Source of the DNA: a virus
IMG/VR virus record: IMGVR_UViG_3300037423_001082
Location: 1-38,724 of that record
DNA length: 38,724 nucleotides
Strand: one strand, 5' to 3'
In this document: positions 13,760 to 22,241 of the stretch, piece by piece
How positions within the stretch are numbered: position 1 is the stretch's first letter
Layout of the letters: the number at the start of each line of letters is the position of its first letter
Made by a program: the position numbers and the translations under genes
The notes under the pieces: model-generated
Seen by the model: the letters and a program-made list of their open reading frames with translations, nothing else
Told to the model about the DNA's origin: nothing
The model's database searches: none

Positions 13760-15192
13760 TTGAGCGCATTCCCCTGCTACTGAGTGAGATTCGGCGCAGG
13801 GATCAAAGCCCAAGGGCGCTTGATCTCATCCGGGACCAAAACTTTCCAAAGCAAGATGCCTTCGTGATGGATGCCTCTCGCTTTGTCTCTGCCTTTTGCA
13901 CTCGGCGTGCGGGCAAATCCAATGGGCTTGCCATCAGGTATTACAGGACACTGAAGCGTCACCCGGGCGCACTTTGCCCATACATTGCGCTAACACGTGA
14001 TTCGGCAAAGAACATCATGTGGGATGTGCTCCAAGAGATGGATGAGCGCTTCAAAATAGGCGCAAAGTTCACTGAAAGCGATCTTACGGCCACACTTCCC
14101 TGCGGCGGGCGGATTAAACTCTTTGGCGCTGACATGAAAAACTTCATCAAGCGCCTGCGCGGGATTAAGACGCCAGGAGTTGGAGTGGATGAAGCGCAAG
14201 ACTTTGGTGCGCATCTCATCTATCTCATTGATGACGTACTCACTCCTGCCATTGGTGACTATGTAGATGGCTGGATTGCGCTTACCGGAACGCCTGGACC
14301 GATCCCGCATGGCTACTTCTACGAAGTGACGCATGAGGGGCTTTACGGCTTCTCCCAATATAGCTGGAGCATCCACGACAACCCCTACTTTCCAAACTCT
14401 CGCCAGTTTGTTGCTGAAATTAAGGCCAAAAAGAAGTGGACCAATGAGAGCCCAACGTACATTCGCGAGTATGGCGGCGATGAAGGCATCCCGCGCTGGG
14501 TGCTTGACCTAGATGCGCTGGTGTTCAAGTTCACTGAGCGCAATCATTACAACTCGCTCCCAGCTCATAAGGGCGAATGGAACTATGTCATTGGCGTAGA
14601 CTTTGGCTTTGATGATGCCGATGCGATTGCGGTCATCGGCTGGCACCCGCATCACAAGGACGCCTATCTGGTAGAAGAGTTTGTGCAGCGTGGTCAGGGC
14701 ATCACGGACCTTGCGGGTGAGATCCAGCGGCTCATGGAGAAGTACAAGCCCATGAAGATTGTGGCGGATACTGGAGCACTCGGCAAAAAGATCGCCGATG
14801 AACTCACCAAGCGCTTCTCGCTTCCCATTGATGCCGCCGAAAAAGATCGCAAGTTTGAATTCATTGAACTGCTTAACGATGCCTTACGCATGGCGAAGTT
14901 CTATGCAAAGCCTGACTCTACCTTTGCCGATGATTGCAAGCGCGTGAAGTGGGACACGGAGAGCGTAAAGCCCAAGATCTCAGACACCTTTCACTCAGAC
15001 ATTTGCGATGCCGTTCTTTACGCCTACCGCGAAGCGCTTCACTGGCTCTCGGTACCCGAACCGCCACGCCATCAGCCAGGAAGCGATGCGGCGATGCAGC
15101 AAGAAGAGGATGAGATGGAAAAGCAGGCGGAACAGGATTACTTGCAATCAATTTCAGAAGATTTTACTTTAAGTTTGCCCGATATTGATTGA
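13756..15192 (+). CDS. terL: Terminase large subunit (478 aa)
   Basis: Walker A-like CTRRAGKS, Walker B GVGVDEAQDF, and RNase-H-like nuclease acidic residues (IGVDFGFDD, HSDICDAVLYA). Confidence 0.9.
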   Translation: MIERIPLLLSEIRRRDQSPRALDLIRDQNFPKQDAFVMDASRFVSAFCTRRAGKSNGLAIRYYRTLKRHPGALCPYIALTRDSAKNIMWDVLQEMDERFKIGAKFTESDLTATLPCGGRIKLFGADMKNFIKRLRGIKTPGVGVDEAQDFGAHLIYLIDDVLTPAIGDYVDGWIALTGTPGPIPHGYFYEVTHEGLYGFSQYSWSIHDNPYFPNSRQFVAEIKAKKKWTNESPTYIREYGGDEGIPRWVLDLDALVFKFTERNHYNSLPAHKGEWNYVIGVDFGFDDADAIAVIGWHPHHKDAYLVEEFVQRGQGITDLAGEIQRLMEKYKPMKIVADTGALGKKIADELTKRFSLPIDAAEKDRKFEFIELLNDALRMAKFYAKPDSTFADDCKRVKWDTESVKPKISDTFHSDICDAVLYAYREALHWLSVPEPPRHQPGSDAAMQQEEDEMEKQAEQDYLQSISEDFTLSLPDID

Positions 15193-15250
15193 ATATTGCT
15201 CAGATTTTGCACACACGCTATCGGCCTGAAAGGACTTCAGGCATAAGGGA

Positions 15251-15580
15251 GTGGAAGTGAAAGCATCTGAGATCAGGAAGATCTTAAAGCTTGCCAAGCA
15301 GTTTGGCGTCAAAGAGTTAAGCTTAGAAGGTTTCACCGTTCAATTCTTTGAAAAGCAGGTGAAGAGAAAAGAGCCAGTGGTTTCCTCATTTCCCACTGAG
15401 CACGTTCCGACTCACTCACCTGACACCACTCTCTTAGTAACAACGCCTGATCTCACCTCAGAAGGCATCCCAACAGAGGATGAACTGCTGCTCATGAGCA
15501 CGCCCTTCTACGATCAGATCCAAGAGCTTAAGCGCATGAAGCGCGAAGATGAGCAGGAAGAAGCGACACTTACACAATAA
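15251..15580 (+). CDS. Hypothetical protein (109 aa, GTG start)
   Basis: AAGGGAG upstream of the start. Acidic C-terminus. Lies between terL and the portal gene. Confidence 0.5.
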   Translation: MEVKASEIRKILKLAKQFGVKELSLEGFTVQFFEKQVKRKEPVVSSFPTEHVPTHSPDTTLLVTTPDLTSEGIPTEDELLLMSTPFYDQIQELKRMKREDEQEEATLTQ

Positions 15581-15592
15581 GGGGGGCCAAGG

Positions 15593-17533
15593 ATGGCACT
15601 CGATTACACGAAGTTCTCAAAAGACGGTAAACCCACGGACGAAAAAACGGCGATCAATAAGCGCTGGTGGTCGGCAAAGAAAACAGAGCGGGCCAAATCC
15701 GTTTGGGGCGTGGTTCAGCATCTGGCTCAATACGATTCGGTGAGACAGACTCAGTATGAGCTGTCCGCAAAGCTTTACGGCAATACGCAGCTCTTAGGTG
15801 TTACAGGGCTCACGACTAAGAAGGGTGCGGCACCGCAGGCCACGATCAAGGACCGGCTCACCTACAACGTGGTTCAATCAGCTCTTGATACCGTCACAAG
15901 CAAAATTGCCAAGAATAAGCCAAAGCCCTTGTTCTTAACGTCGGGCGGTAACTGGAAGCTACAGCGCAAGGCCAAGAAGCTTGATAAGTTTGTTGAGGGC
16001 TGCTTTTACGAGAACGACGCCTATCACCTGGGAACGAACATCTTCAGAGACGGCGGCGTGCTGGGAGATGGCCTCGTGCAAGTGTTTGAGCACTATGGGC
16101 GCGTGAAATATGAGCGCACCTTGGTGTCTGAACTTTATGTGGATTGGTTTGAAGCCTACTACGGAAATCCGCGCCAGCTTCACCGGGTGAAGAACGTCGA
16201 TAGGCAAGTGCTCATTGATCTCTTCCCAGAGCATAAGCGCGCCATCGAGAAGGCCAAGGCAGCAGACGTTGCGATGACTTCAGCCAACATGAATGTGGCC
16301 GATCAAGTCACCGTTGTGGAGAGCTGGCATTTGCCATCGGGCCCTGATGCTACGGATGGCCTGCACACGATCTGCCTAGAAGAAGAGACGCTTCTTGATG
16401 AAGAGTGGAAAAAGCCTTTCTTCCCATTTGCCCGATTCTCTTGGGGCCCGCGCCTTTATGGTCACTGGGCGCAAGGTGGTGCTGAGCAGATTCAAAACAT
16501 CCAATACGAGATCAATAAGATTCTCTGGCTTATTCAAAGGTCTTTTCACCTCGCAGGCACTTTCAAGGTGCTCACTCAGGTGGGCTCAAAGGTTGTTAAA
16601 GAGCATCTGAATAACGACATCGGCGCAATCGTTGAGTACGTGGGCACGCCTCCTCAATATGTGACGCCGCCCATTGTTCCCATTGAGATGTATCAGCAGC
16701 TTCAGAACTTAAAGAATGCGGCCTATGAGCAGCTTGGCGTCTCGCAGTTATCCGCAGCAGCAAAGAAGCCTGATGGCCTGAACTCCGGCAAAGCCCTTCG
16801 TGAGTTTAACGATATTGAATCTGATCGTTTCATGACGATTGGCCAAGCCTATGAGCGCTTCTTTCTTGAGCTTGCGCGCCTCACTGTTGATTGCGCCAAA
16901 GACATTTACGCAAGAGAAGGCAAATACGAGGTTAAAGTCCCTGGCAAGAAATTCATTGAGACAATCGATTGGAAGGAAATCGATCTTGAAGAGGATGAAT
17001 ACTATCTTAAGATCTTCCCAGTCTCCTCTCTTCCAAACGATCCAGCAGGACGCCTTCAGACCGTTCAAGAGTATGTGCAGGCAGGATTTATCTCGCCGCG
17101 CACTGCTCGCAGGCTCCTAGACTTTCCTGATCTTGAAGCCGTTGAAGATCTTGAGAGTGCAAAAGAAGACTATCTGCACAAGATCTTGGAAAAAATGGTG
17201 GATGCAGACTTGGAAGATGAGAACACCAAGATTGAGGATGTCTACACGGCGCCAGAGATCGCTTATGATGACATCCCTTTGGCGCGTGAACTTGCCCTTG
17301 AGTACTACCAGCAAGGAAAGCTTAACAACATGCCTGAAGCAAACCTTCAGCTCTTGCGTGATTTCATAAGCCAGCTCAATGCTCAGCCGCCAGGAATGCC
17401 GCCCATGGGACCACAAGGGCCAATGCCAGGGGCTCCAATGCGTCCCGCAGGCGGCGGAATGCCAGCACCGCAAGCAGCACCGATGCCGCAGCCGCAGAGT
17501 GATCTGATCCCGAACGTGCCGGGGGCGGCCTGA
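15593..17533 (+). CDS. Portal protein (646 aa) with a Pro/Met/Gly-rich C-terminal tail
   Basis: Size and position between terL and scaffold. GGGGGG/AAGGA upstream of the start. The call rests on position plus general portal-like length. Confidence 0.75.
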   Translation: MALDYTKFSKDGKPTDEKTAINKRWWSAKKTERAKSVWGVVQHLAQYDSVRQTQYELSAKLYGNTQLLGVTGLTTKKGAAPQATIKDRLTYNVVQSALDTVTSKIAKNKPKPLFLTSGGNWKLQRKAKKLDKFVEGCFYENDAYHLGTNIFRDGGVLGDGLVQVFEHYGRVKYERTLVSELYVDWFEAYYGNPRQLHRVKNVDRQVLIDLFPEHKRAIEKAKAADVAMTSANMNVADQVTVVESWHLPSGPDATDGLHTICLEEETLLDEEWKKPFFPFARFSWGPRLYGHWAQGGAEQIQNIQYEINKILWLIQRSFHLAGTFKVLTQVGSKVVKEHLNNDIGAIVEYVGTPPQYVTPPIVPIEMYQQLQNLKNAAYEQLGVSQLSAAAKKPDGLNSGKALREFNDIESDRFMTIGQAYERFFLELARLTVDCAKDIYAREGKYEVKVPGKKFIETIDWKEIDLEEDEYYLKIFPVSSLPNDPAGRLQTVQEYVQAGFISPRTARRLLDFPDLEAVEDLESAKEDYLHKILEKMVDADLEDENTKIEDVYTAPEIAYDDIPLARELALEYYQQGKLNNMPEANLQLLRDFISQLNAQPPGMPPMGPQGPMPGAPMRPAGGGMPAPQAAPMPQPQSDLIPNVPGAA

Positions 17534-17751
17534 TGGCAAAAAAGCCAAACTCGGTTGCAAAGAAGATCTTCTGCCATCCATACCGCGAAGCATCCGCAAG
17601 GATGTACCGCACTGAGCATCACCCAGACTTCAATGTGATTGTGGATAGTAACTGCAATCCCAACTGGCTCTATATCGTTTTAGCCAACGGCAAGATCTAT
17701 CACCATTTTGTTGGGACCATGAGCGAGGATAAAGCATGTCAGATTCACTAA
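17533..17751 (+). CDS. Hypothetical His/Cys-containing protein (72 aa)
   Basis: TGATG junction with the portal stop; overlaps the scaffold start by 16 nt. Confidence 0.45.
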   Translation: MAKKPNSVAKKIFCHPYREASARMYRTEHHPDFNVIVDSNCNPNWLYIVLANGKIYHHFVGTMSEDKACQIH

Positions 17752-18632
17752 ACCCATTGGCAGCAAGCGCCCCTGTGACCGAAACAGCACAAAAGGAAGC
17801 ACCGCAAGCTCCTGTGGATGCAGCGCCCGCTGAGAAGCCCAAAGAGACGGCGTCAGCGCTCCTTGCTAAGCTTGCTCGCCAGCGCAAGGAGCAGATGACG
17901 CTCACCAAGAAAGTCTCTGCTGCTGATGCTGAAAAGCAGGAACTCTTAAAGCGCATTCAAGAGCTTGAGGGCAAGGTTTCCCAGAAGCCAAAGGACCCGC
18001 TAGAGGCGCTTAAATCCGCAGGCTTTGGCTATGAAGATGCCACAAACTACGTGCTCAATGACAATAAGTTAACGCCTGAGCAGCAAGTGAAACTTCTCGA
18101 GCAGCGGCTCGAGCAGATTCAGCGCGACACTGAGGAGAAAGAGCAAAAAAGGCTTCAAGATGAGGCAGAGCGCGCTCAAAAGTCCGTTCAAGAGCAAGAG
18201 GAGATGTTTAAGACCGATGTGATGGACTTCTTAGAGCAGAACAAAGCAACTTATGAGCTCACCGCCAATGAAGATGCCAAGGAGGTTGCCGAAACCGTTC
18301 TTGCGGTCATTAAGCAGCACTTTTCAAACTCCATGAAGGAGTGGGAAGATTCGGGGCGTGAAGGAAAGCGCCCGAAGGCGCTATCCACCAAGGAAGCTTT
18401 GGACCTGATTGAGCAACACTTGGAAGAGAAAGTCTCGAAATACTATGAGACAAACAAGATAAAATCCAAGTTTGCGCCCAAGAGTGATGATGGCGACAAG
18501 AAGGGATCATCCCCCACCGCGCCAAGTAGAACGCTCTCGGCTGCGGTCACGACTTCTTCAGCATCGCCATCGGCCAAGATCAATGATCCCATCGCGCGCG
18601 CACTGAATGCGCTTGAGAGAATGGGTAAATGA
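17736..18632 (+). CDS. Scaffolding protein (298 aa)
   Basis: Highly charged, E/K/Q-rich helical protein between the portal and capsid genes. GAGGA lies 6 nt upstream of the start. Confidence 0.65.
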   Translation: MSDSLNPLAASAPVTETAQKEAPQAPVDAAPAEKPKETASALLAKLARQRKEQMTLTKKVSAADAEKQELLKRIQELEGKVSQKPKDPLEALKSAGFGYEDATNYVLNDNKLTPEQQVKLLEQRLEQIQRDTEEKEQKRLQDEAERAQKSVQEQEEMFKTDVMDFLEQNKATYELTANEDAKEVAETVLAVIKQHFSNSMKEWEDSGREGKRPKALSTKEALDLIEQHLEEKVSKYYETNKIKSKFAPKSDDGDKKGSSPTAPSRTLSAAVTTSSASPSAKINDPIARALNALERMGK

Positions 18633-18835
18633 CGCCTTGGCGGCCAGGAGACAGCCTTGATCAAGCGATTGTCTGGGCGATCTTTGAAACGCTTCTTGTT
18701 TGTCGCGGCAACAAAACGAAGGCAGCAGAGATGCTGAACGTCTCGGTTCGCATGCTTAGGTACTGGATTAAGAAGCATCCAGAGCTTGAGCCGCACCGTG
18801 GGCACACGATGCGTGATCGCTACCCTGATCACTGA
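18629..18835 (+). CDS. Fis-type (HTH_8) DNA-binding protein (68 aa)
   Basis: ETLLVCRGNKTKAAEMLNVSVRMLRYWIKKH matches the Fis/NtrC C-terminal HTH. ATGA coupling to the scaffold gene. Confidence 0.6.
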   Translation: MTPWRPGDSLDQAIVWAIFETLLVCRGNKTKAAEMLNVSVRMLRYWIKKHPELEPHRGHTMRDRYPDH

Positions 18836-18856
18836 TGCTGCAAAAATGTCCTGCCT

Positions 18857-18884
18857 TTGACTTTACATAAAACGGATTTAAACT
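18857..18884 (+). promoter_or_regulatory. Sigma70-like promoter TTGACT-16-TAAACT ahead of the capsid gene
   Basis: -35 at 18857-18862 and -10 at 18879-18884. It would give a ~190-nt leader. Confidence 0.4.
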
Positions 18885-19080
18885 TTCACCAAGCGTAGTA
18901 CTACTCTGCCATAAGTATTTTGGACTGCTAGAGCCCGCCGATCAACTGGGCCAACCCAACTCTGCCATTACAATCAGCCCTTCTGCCATTTGGGGCGACC
19001 GATCAATCAACCGCAGCGATGATGCGTAAGCGCATTGTGCGTTTTCTTGCGTCTTGCTGCTCCCAAATGGAGCATCCAAA

Positions 19081-20304
19081 ATGTCTGTCTCTCAATATTT
19101 CGATATGACAGCCGCTCAGGCAGTTCTCAAGGAACTGTATGACGGCCAGACCGTTCAGAACATGATCTATAAGCGCAATCCATTCTTCGCTATGGTGAAG
19201 AAATCGACGGATTTCGCCGGTAAATACTACCCGCAGCCGATCATCACGGCTCCAAGCGCAGGACGTTCTGCAACGTTCGCGACCGCTCAGGCCAATCAAA
19301 CCGCTTGGGCTGGCCAGGAATTCTTGGTCACTCGTAAGAAAGACTATTCGATCTTCACGATCGACAACGAAACCATGATGGCTTCGGCGACCGACAAGGG
19401 CGCATTCGTTAAGGGAATCAAGACGACTGCAGACCTTGCCTGGACCGCAATCGAGAACTCGCTCTGCGCTGCTCTCTTCCGCTCCGGCACTGGCTCCTTG
19501 GGCCAGATCAGTTCCATCAGCTCTGGCGTGATCACTCTTACCAACATTGGCGACGTTGTTGGCTTTGAAGTGAACCAAGCCATTCAAGCCAATGCAACGG
19601 ATGGCGGCACGCCACGCGCTGCTGTTGGTTACGTCATTGCCGTGAACCGTATGCTGGGTAAAGTCACCGTCTCCACCTCCTTGGGTGGATCGGCTGGCTC
19701 TCCTTCGGGCTGGACCGCAAACGACTACTTGCTTGTTCAGGGCGATAACAACGCTAAGCTCTCTGGCTTGGCTGCTTGGATCCCAAGCGCTGACCCGACG
19801 GGCGGTGATAGCTTCTACGGCGTTGATCGTTCGGTGGATCCTACCCGCCTTGCTGGCCTTCGTTACGATGGCTCGACTCAGAGCATCGAAGAAGCTGCAA
19901 TTGATGCTTGCGCATACCTTGATCGTGAAGGCGGAAGCCCAACGATTGGTGTAACGAATCCTGTCTCTTTTGCTGCTCTTGAGAAGTCCTTGGGCGCAAA
20001 GGTTCAGTACGTTGACATGAAGTCGGAAGCTGGAATCGGTTTCCGTGGCATTCAGATCAACGCTCCAAGCGGCGTGGTCACGATCATGTCGGATCGCTCC
20101 TGCCAAGCTGCAATGATGTGGCTCCTTGACATGGGCACCTGGGAACTTAAGTCCCTGGGCGAAGCTCCGCACATCCTGAACTACGGAGATGGCCAACAGC
20201 TTCGTGTGTACAACGCCGACGCTGTTGAAGGGCGCATTGGTTTCTACGGAAACCTGCTCTGCAACGCTCCAGGCTTCAACGCACGCGTGACGTTGGGCGC
20301 CTAA
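19081..20304 (+). CDS. Major capsid protein (407 aa)
   Basis: GGAG lies 8 nt upstream of ATG 19081. Position after scaffold. The C-terminal segment GRIGFYGNLLCNAPGFNARVTL resembles the C-terminus of P22-type coat proteins. A hairpin terminator follows. Confidence 0.8.
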   Translation: MSVSQYFDMTAAQAVLKELYDGQTVQNMIYKRNPFFAMVKKSTDFAGKYYPQPIITAPSAGRSATFATAQANQTAWAGQEFLVTRKKDYSIFTIDNETMMASATDKGAFVKGIKTTADLAWTAIENSLCAALFRSGTGSLGQISSISSGVITLTNIGDVVGFEVNQAIQANATDGGTPRAAVGYVIAVNRMLGKVTVSTSLGGSAGSPSGWTANDYLLVQGDNNAKLSGLAAWIPSADPTGGDSFYGVDRSVDPTRLAGLRYDGSTQSIEEAAIDACAYLDREGGSPTIGVTNPVSFAALEKSLGAKVQYVDMKSEAGIGFRGIQINAPSGVVTIMSDRSCQAAMMWLLDMGTWELKSLGEAPHILNYGDGQQLRVYNADAVEGRIGFYGNLLCNAPGFNARVTLGA

Positions 20305-20318
20305 TTAGCGTCCTGATC

Positions 20319-20358
20319 GGAGGGGGCGGCTAGGATGGCTTCCCCCTCCCTTCTTGCC
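20319..20358 (+). terminator. Hairpin after the capsid gene (partial terminator)
   Basis: Stem GGAGGGGG (20319-20326) / CCCCCTCC (20342-20349), followed by CTTCTTGCC. Confidence 0.4.
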
Positions 20359-20421
20359 GGGGGGGCTACGCGCAAGAGGTTAACCGCCCACTAGGTCAAA
20401 CACCTAGAAAGGATCACTCAA

Positions 20422-20838
20422 ATGTCCAATCGCTACTACAATCAGTTTCAGGCTACACTCGCTCCAAAAGTCGTGAGCCTCTATGCTCATGTCACGTTCG
20501 GCGCTTCCGGCGCTCCAACGCTTGATACTGCAAACAGTAAGGGCATCGTCTCGGTTACGAGAAACGCCGCTGGCAAGTACACCTTCGTGTTCGGCACGAA
20601 AGCGGGTATGCTTGACACCTACAACAAGCTTCTCATGGTCAAGCATGTGTTTGACGCTTCGGGAAACTCCGGCACCGCTCCTGCGTCTCCTAGCATGTTC
20701 ATTCTTGCAAACAGTGTCGCGACTGCTGGCACCTGCTCGCTTCAAGTGGAATTCAACGCCGCAGGAACTGCGACCGATCCAGCATCGGGTGAAGGTGTCT
20801 ATATGGAATTCATCTTCAAAGACTCCACTGCGGTCTAA
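20422..20838 (+). CDS. Beta-rich virion-associated protein (138 aa), possible capsid decoration
   Basis: AAAGGA Shine-Dalgarno. Gly/Ser/Thr/Ala-rich beta-type sequence directly after the capsid gene. Confidence 0.45.
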   Translation: MSNRYYNQFQATLAPKVVSLYAHVTFGASGAPTLDTANSKGIVSVTRNAAGKYTFVFGTKAGMLDTYNKLLMVKHVFDASGNSGTAPASPSMFILANSVATAGTCSLQVEFNAAGTATDPASGEGVYMEFIFKDSTAV

Positions 20839-20847
20839 GGAATATCG

Positions 20848-21105
20848 ATGTTTATCCCAGACAAAAAGAAAACAGTGTCTGTGATCTTATCGAAGCTCAA
20901 GCCAGGCGGGGGCAGTGAATCTGCTCCCGTTCAGGCTGAGAAAGAGATGGGAGAAGAGTCTCCCATGAAGATCATCGCTGAAGACATGATGCTTGCTTTC
21001 AAGAACGGCTCCATCGCAGGGCTTCAAGACGCACTTGAAGCGCTTTGCGAGCATGTGGGCATGGACTACGGAGCAGGCGAAGAAGCGGAAGAGAGCGAAG
21101 TCTAA
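20848..21105 (+). CDS. Hypothetical acidic protein (85 aa)
   Basis: AAGGAA upstream of the start. Acidic C-terminus EEAEESEV. Confidence 0.45.
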   Translation: MFIPDKKKTVSVILSKLKPGGGSESAPVQAEKEMGEESPMKIIAEDMMLAFKNGSIAGLQDALEALCEHVGMDYGAGEEAEESEV

Positions 21106-21123
21106 GACTTAAGGGGGGCGTGA

Positions 21124-21849
21124 ATGTCATCGGTCACGCTTGGAAGTGTTCGCACACAGGCTCAGCAGCGGGCTGATATGGTCAATAGTAGCTTTGTTTC
21201 CACTTCTGAGTGGAACGGCTACATTAACAACTCTTGGAAAGAGCTGTATGACATTCTGATTTCAGCCTATGGCAACGATTATTTTGTTGCATCGCCTGTG
21301 ACGTTCACAACCGATGGCACCAATGATCGTTACGCCCTTCCCGATGGCACGCTTTACAGCGCAGCGCCTGCTCTTTACAAGAGCCTGGGCGTGGATCTTC
21401 AGGTGCAAGGCGGCCAGATATGGCAGACGTTGAAGCCCTTTAGCTTCACTGAGCGGAATCGTTACGCCACGTCGGGTGCGCAAGTTCTTAACCGCAATTC
21501 TGCCATATGCTATCGGCTTAATGGCAGCTACATTTGGTTCACGCCGCTTCCGCAATCCGGGCTCACCATGCGGCTTTGGTACATCCCGCAGGCCACAACA
21601 CTTTCATCCGACTCTGACACGTTTGACGGCATCTCTGGCTGGGAAGAGTACGTCATTGTCGATGCCGCCATTAAAGCAGCTCAAAAAGAAGAAAGCGATG
21701 TTTCAGTGCTGATGGCGCAAAAGCAGGCTCTCACCGCTCGCATCCAATCCATGGCCGAGAACCGTGACGCCGGATCGCCTGCAACGGTTACTGACTCGAT
21801 GAGCAGCGGCTATCTCAGCCCTTGGGCAGATCCTTGGGGTGACATGTAA
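21124..21849 (+). CDS. Virion structural protein in the adaptor / tail-tubular-A position (241 aa)
   Basis: Positioned between the capsid and the gp12-like nozzle. GGGGGG upstream of the start. No specific motif recognised. Confidence 0.4.
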   Translation: MSSVTLGSVRTQAQQRADMVNSSFVSTSEWNGYINNSWKELYDILISAYGNDYFVASPVTFTTDGTNDRYALPDGTLYSAAPALYKSLGVDLQVQGGQIWQTLKPFSFTERNRYATSGAQVLNRNSAICYRLNGSYIWFTPLPQSGLTMRLWYIPQATTLSSDSDTFDGISGWEEYVIVDAAIKAAQKEESDVSVLMAQKQALTARIQSMAENRDAGSPATVTDSMSSGYLSPWADPWGDM

Positions 21850-22241
21850 TGGCCTTTAAGACCATTAACACATCCGACAAAACGCTTCAGATGCTGCAAG
21901 ACAACATCCAGGCGGCGTTGCCACAAGAGCGCGTGACTCACTCAACGCTTACGACTGGCACAGGTGGAGCGCCTGTGATTTCAATCACTCAGGCAGCATC
22001 ACCCTTTTTGACCGGAAATCTCATAACGGCTGCACTCACCTCTGGCCAAGATAATCTTATCCCGCATGGATTAGGTCGCACGCCTAAAGTCTGGTTTGTA
22101 GCGCGTCTAGATACTAACACCAACGTTTGGGAAGCAACGACTTCAGCACTTGCCACGTCTTCGGGCAATCAGAGTGCGACTGATCTTTATCTCAACTTAA
22201 AATGCGGCACGAGCTGCAACGTCACGGTGTGGGTGAGCTGA
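21849..22241 (+). CDS. Small beta-rich structural protein (130 aa)
   Basis: TAATG junction upstream and TGATG junction downstream, so it is tightly coupled within the tail module. Confidence 0.45.
   Translation: MAFKTINTSDKTLQMLQDNIQAALPQERVTHSTLTTGTGGAPVISITQAASPFLTGNLITAALTSGQDNLIPHGLGRTPKVWFVARLDTNTNVWEATTSALATSSGNQSATDLYLNLKCGTSCNVTVWVS

Noticed and set aside
17117-17622. Three minus-strand ORFs (160, 78 and 79 aa) opposite the portal 3' end
   Set aside because: They are antisense shadows of the GC-rich Pro/Met/Gly tail of the portal gene. They overlap one another and have no start context.
18836-19080. Sigma-54 promoter that might partner with the Fis/NtrC-type HTH protein
   Set aside because: I looked for TGGCAC-N5-TTGC-like elements with GG/GC 10 nt apart and found no acceptable match. 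A sigma70-like promoter fits better.
19003-20196. 397-aa ORF on the minus strand
   Set aside because: It lies in the exact antisense frame of the major capsid gene, where stop codons are rare. Its composition is Arg/Ser/Cys-rich and it has no RBS, so it is a shadow ORF.
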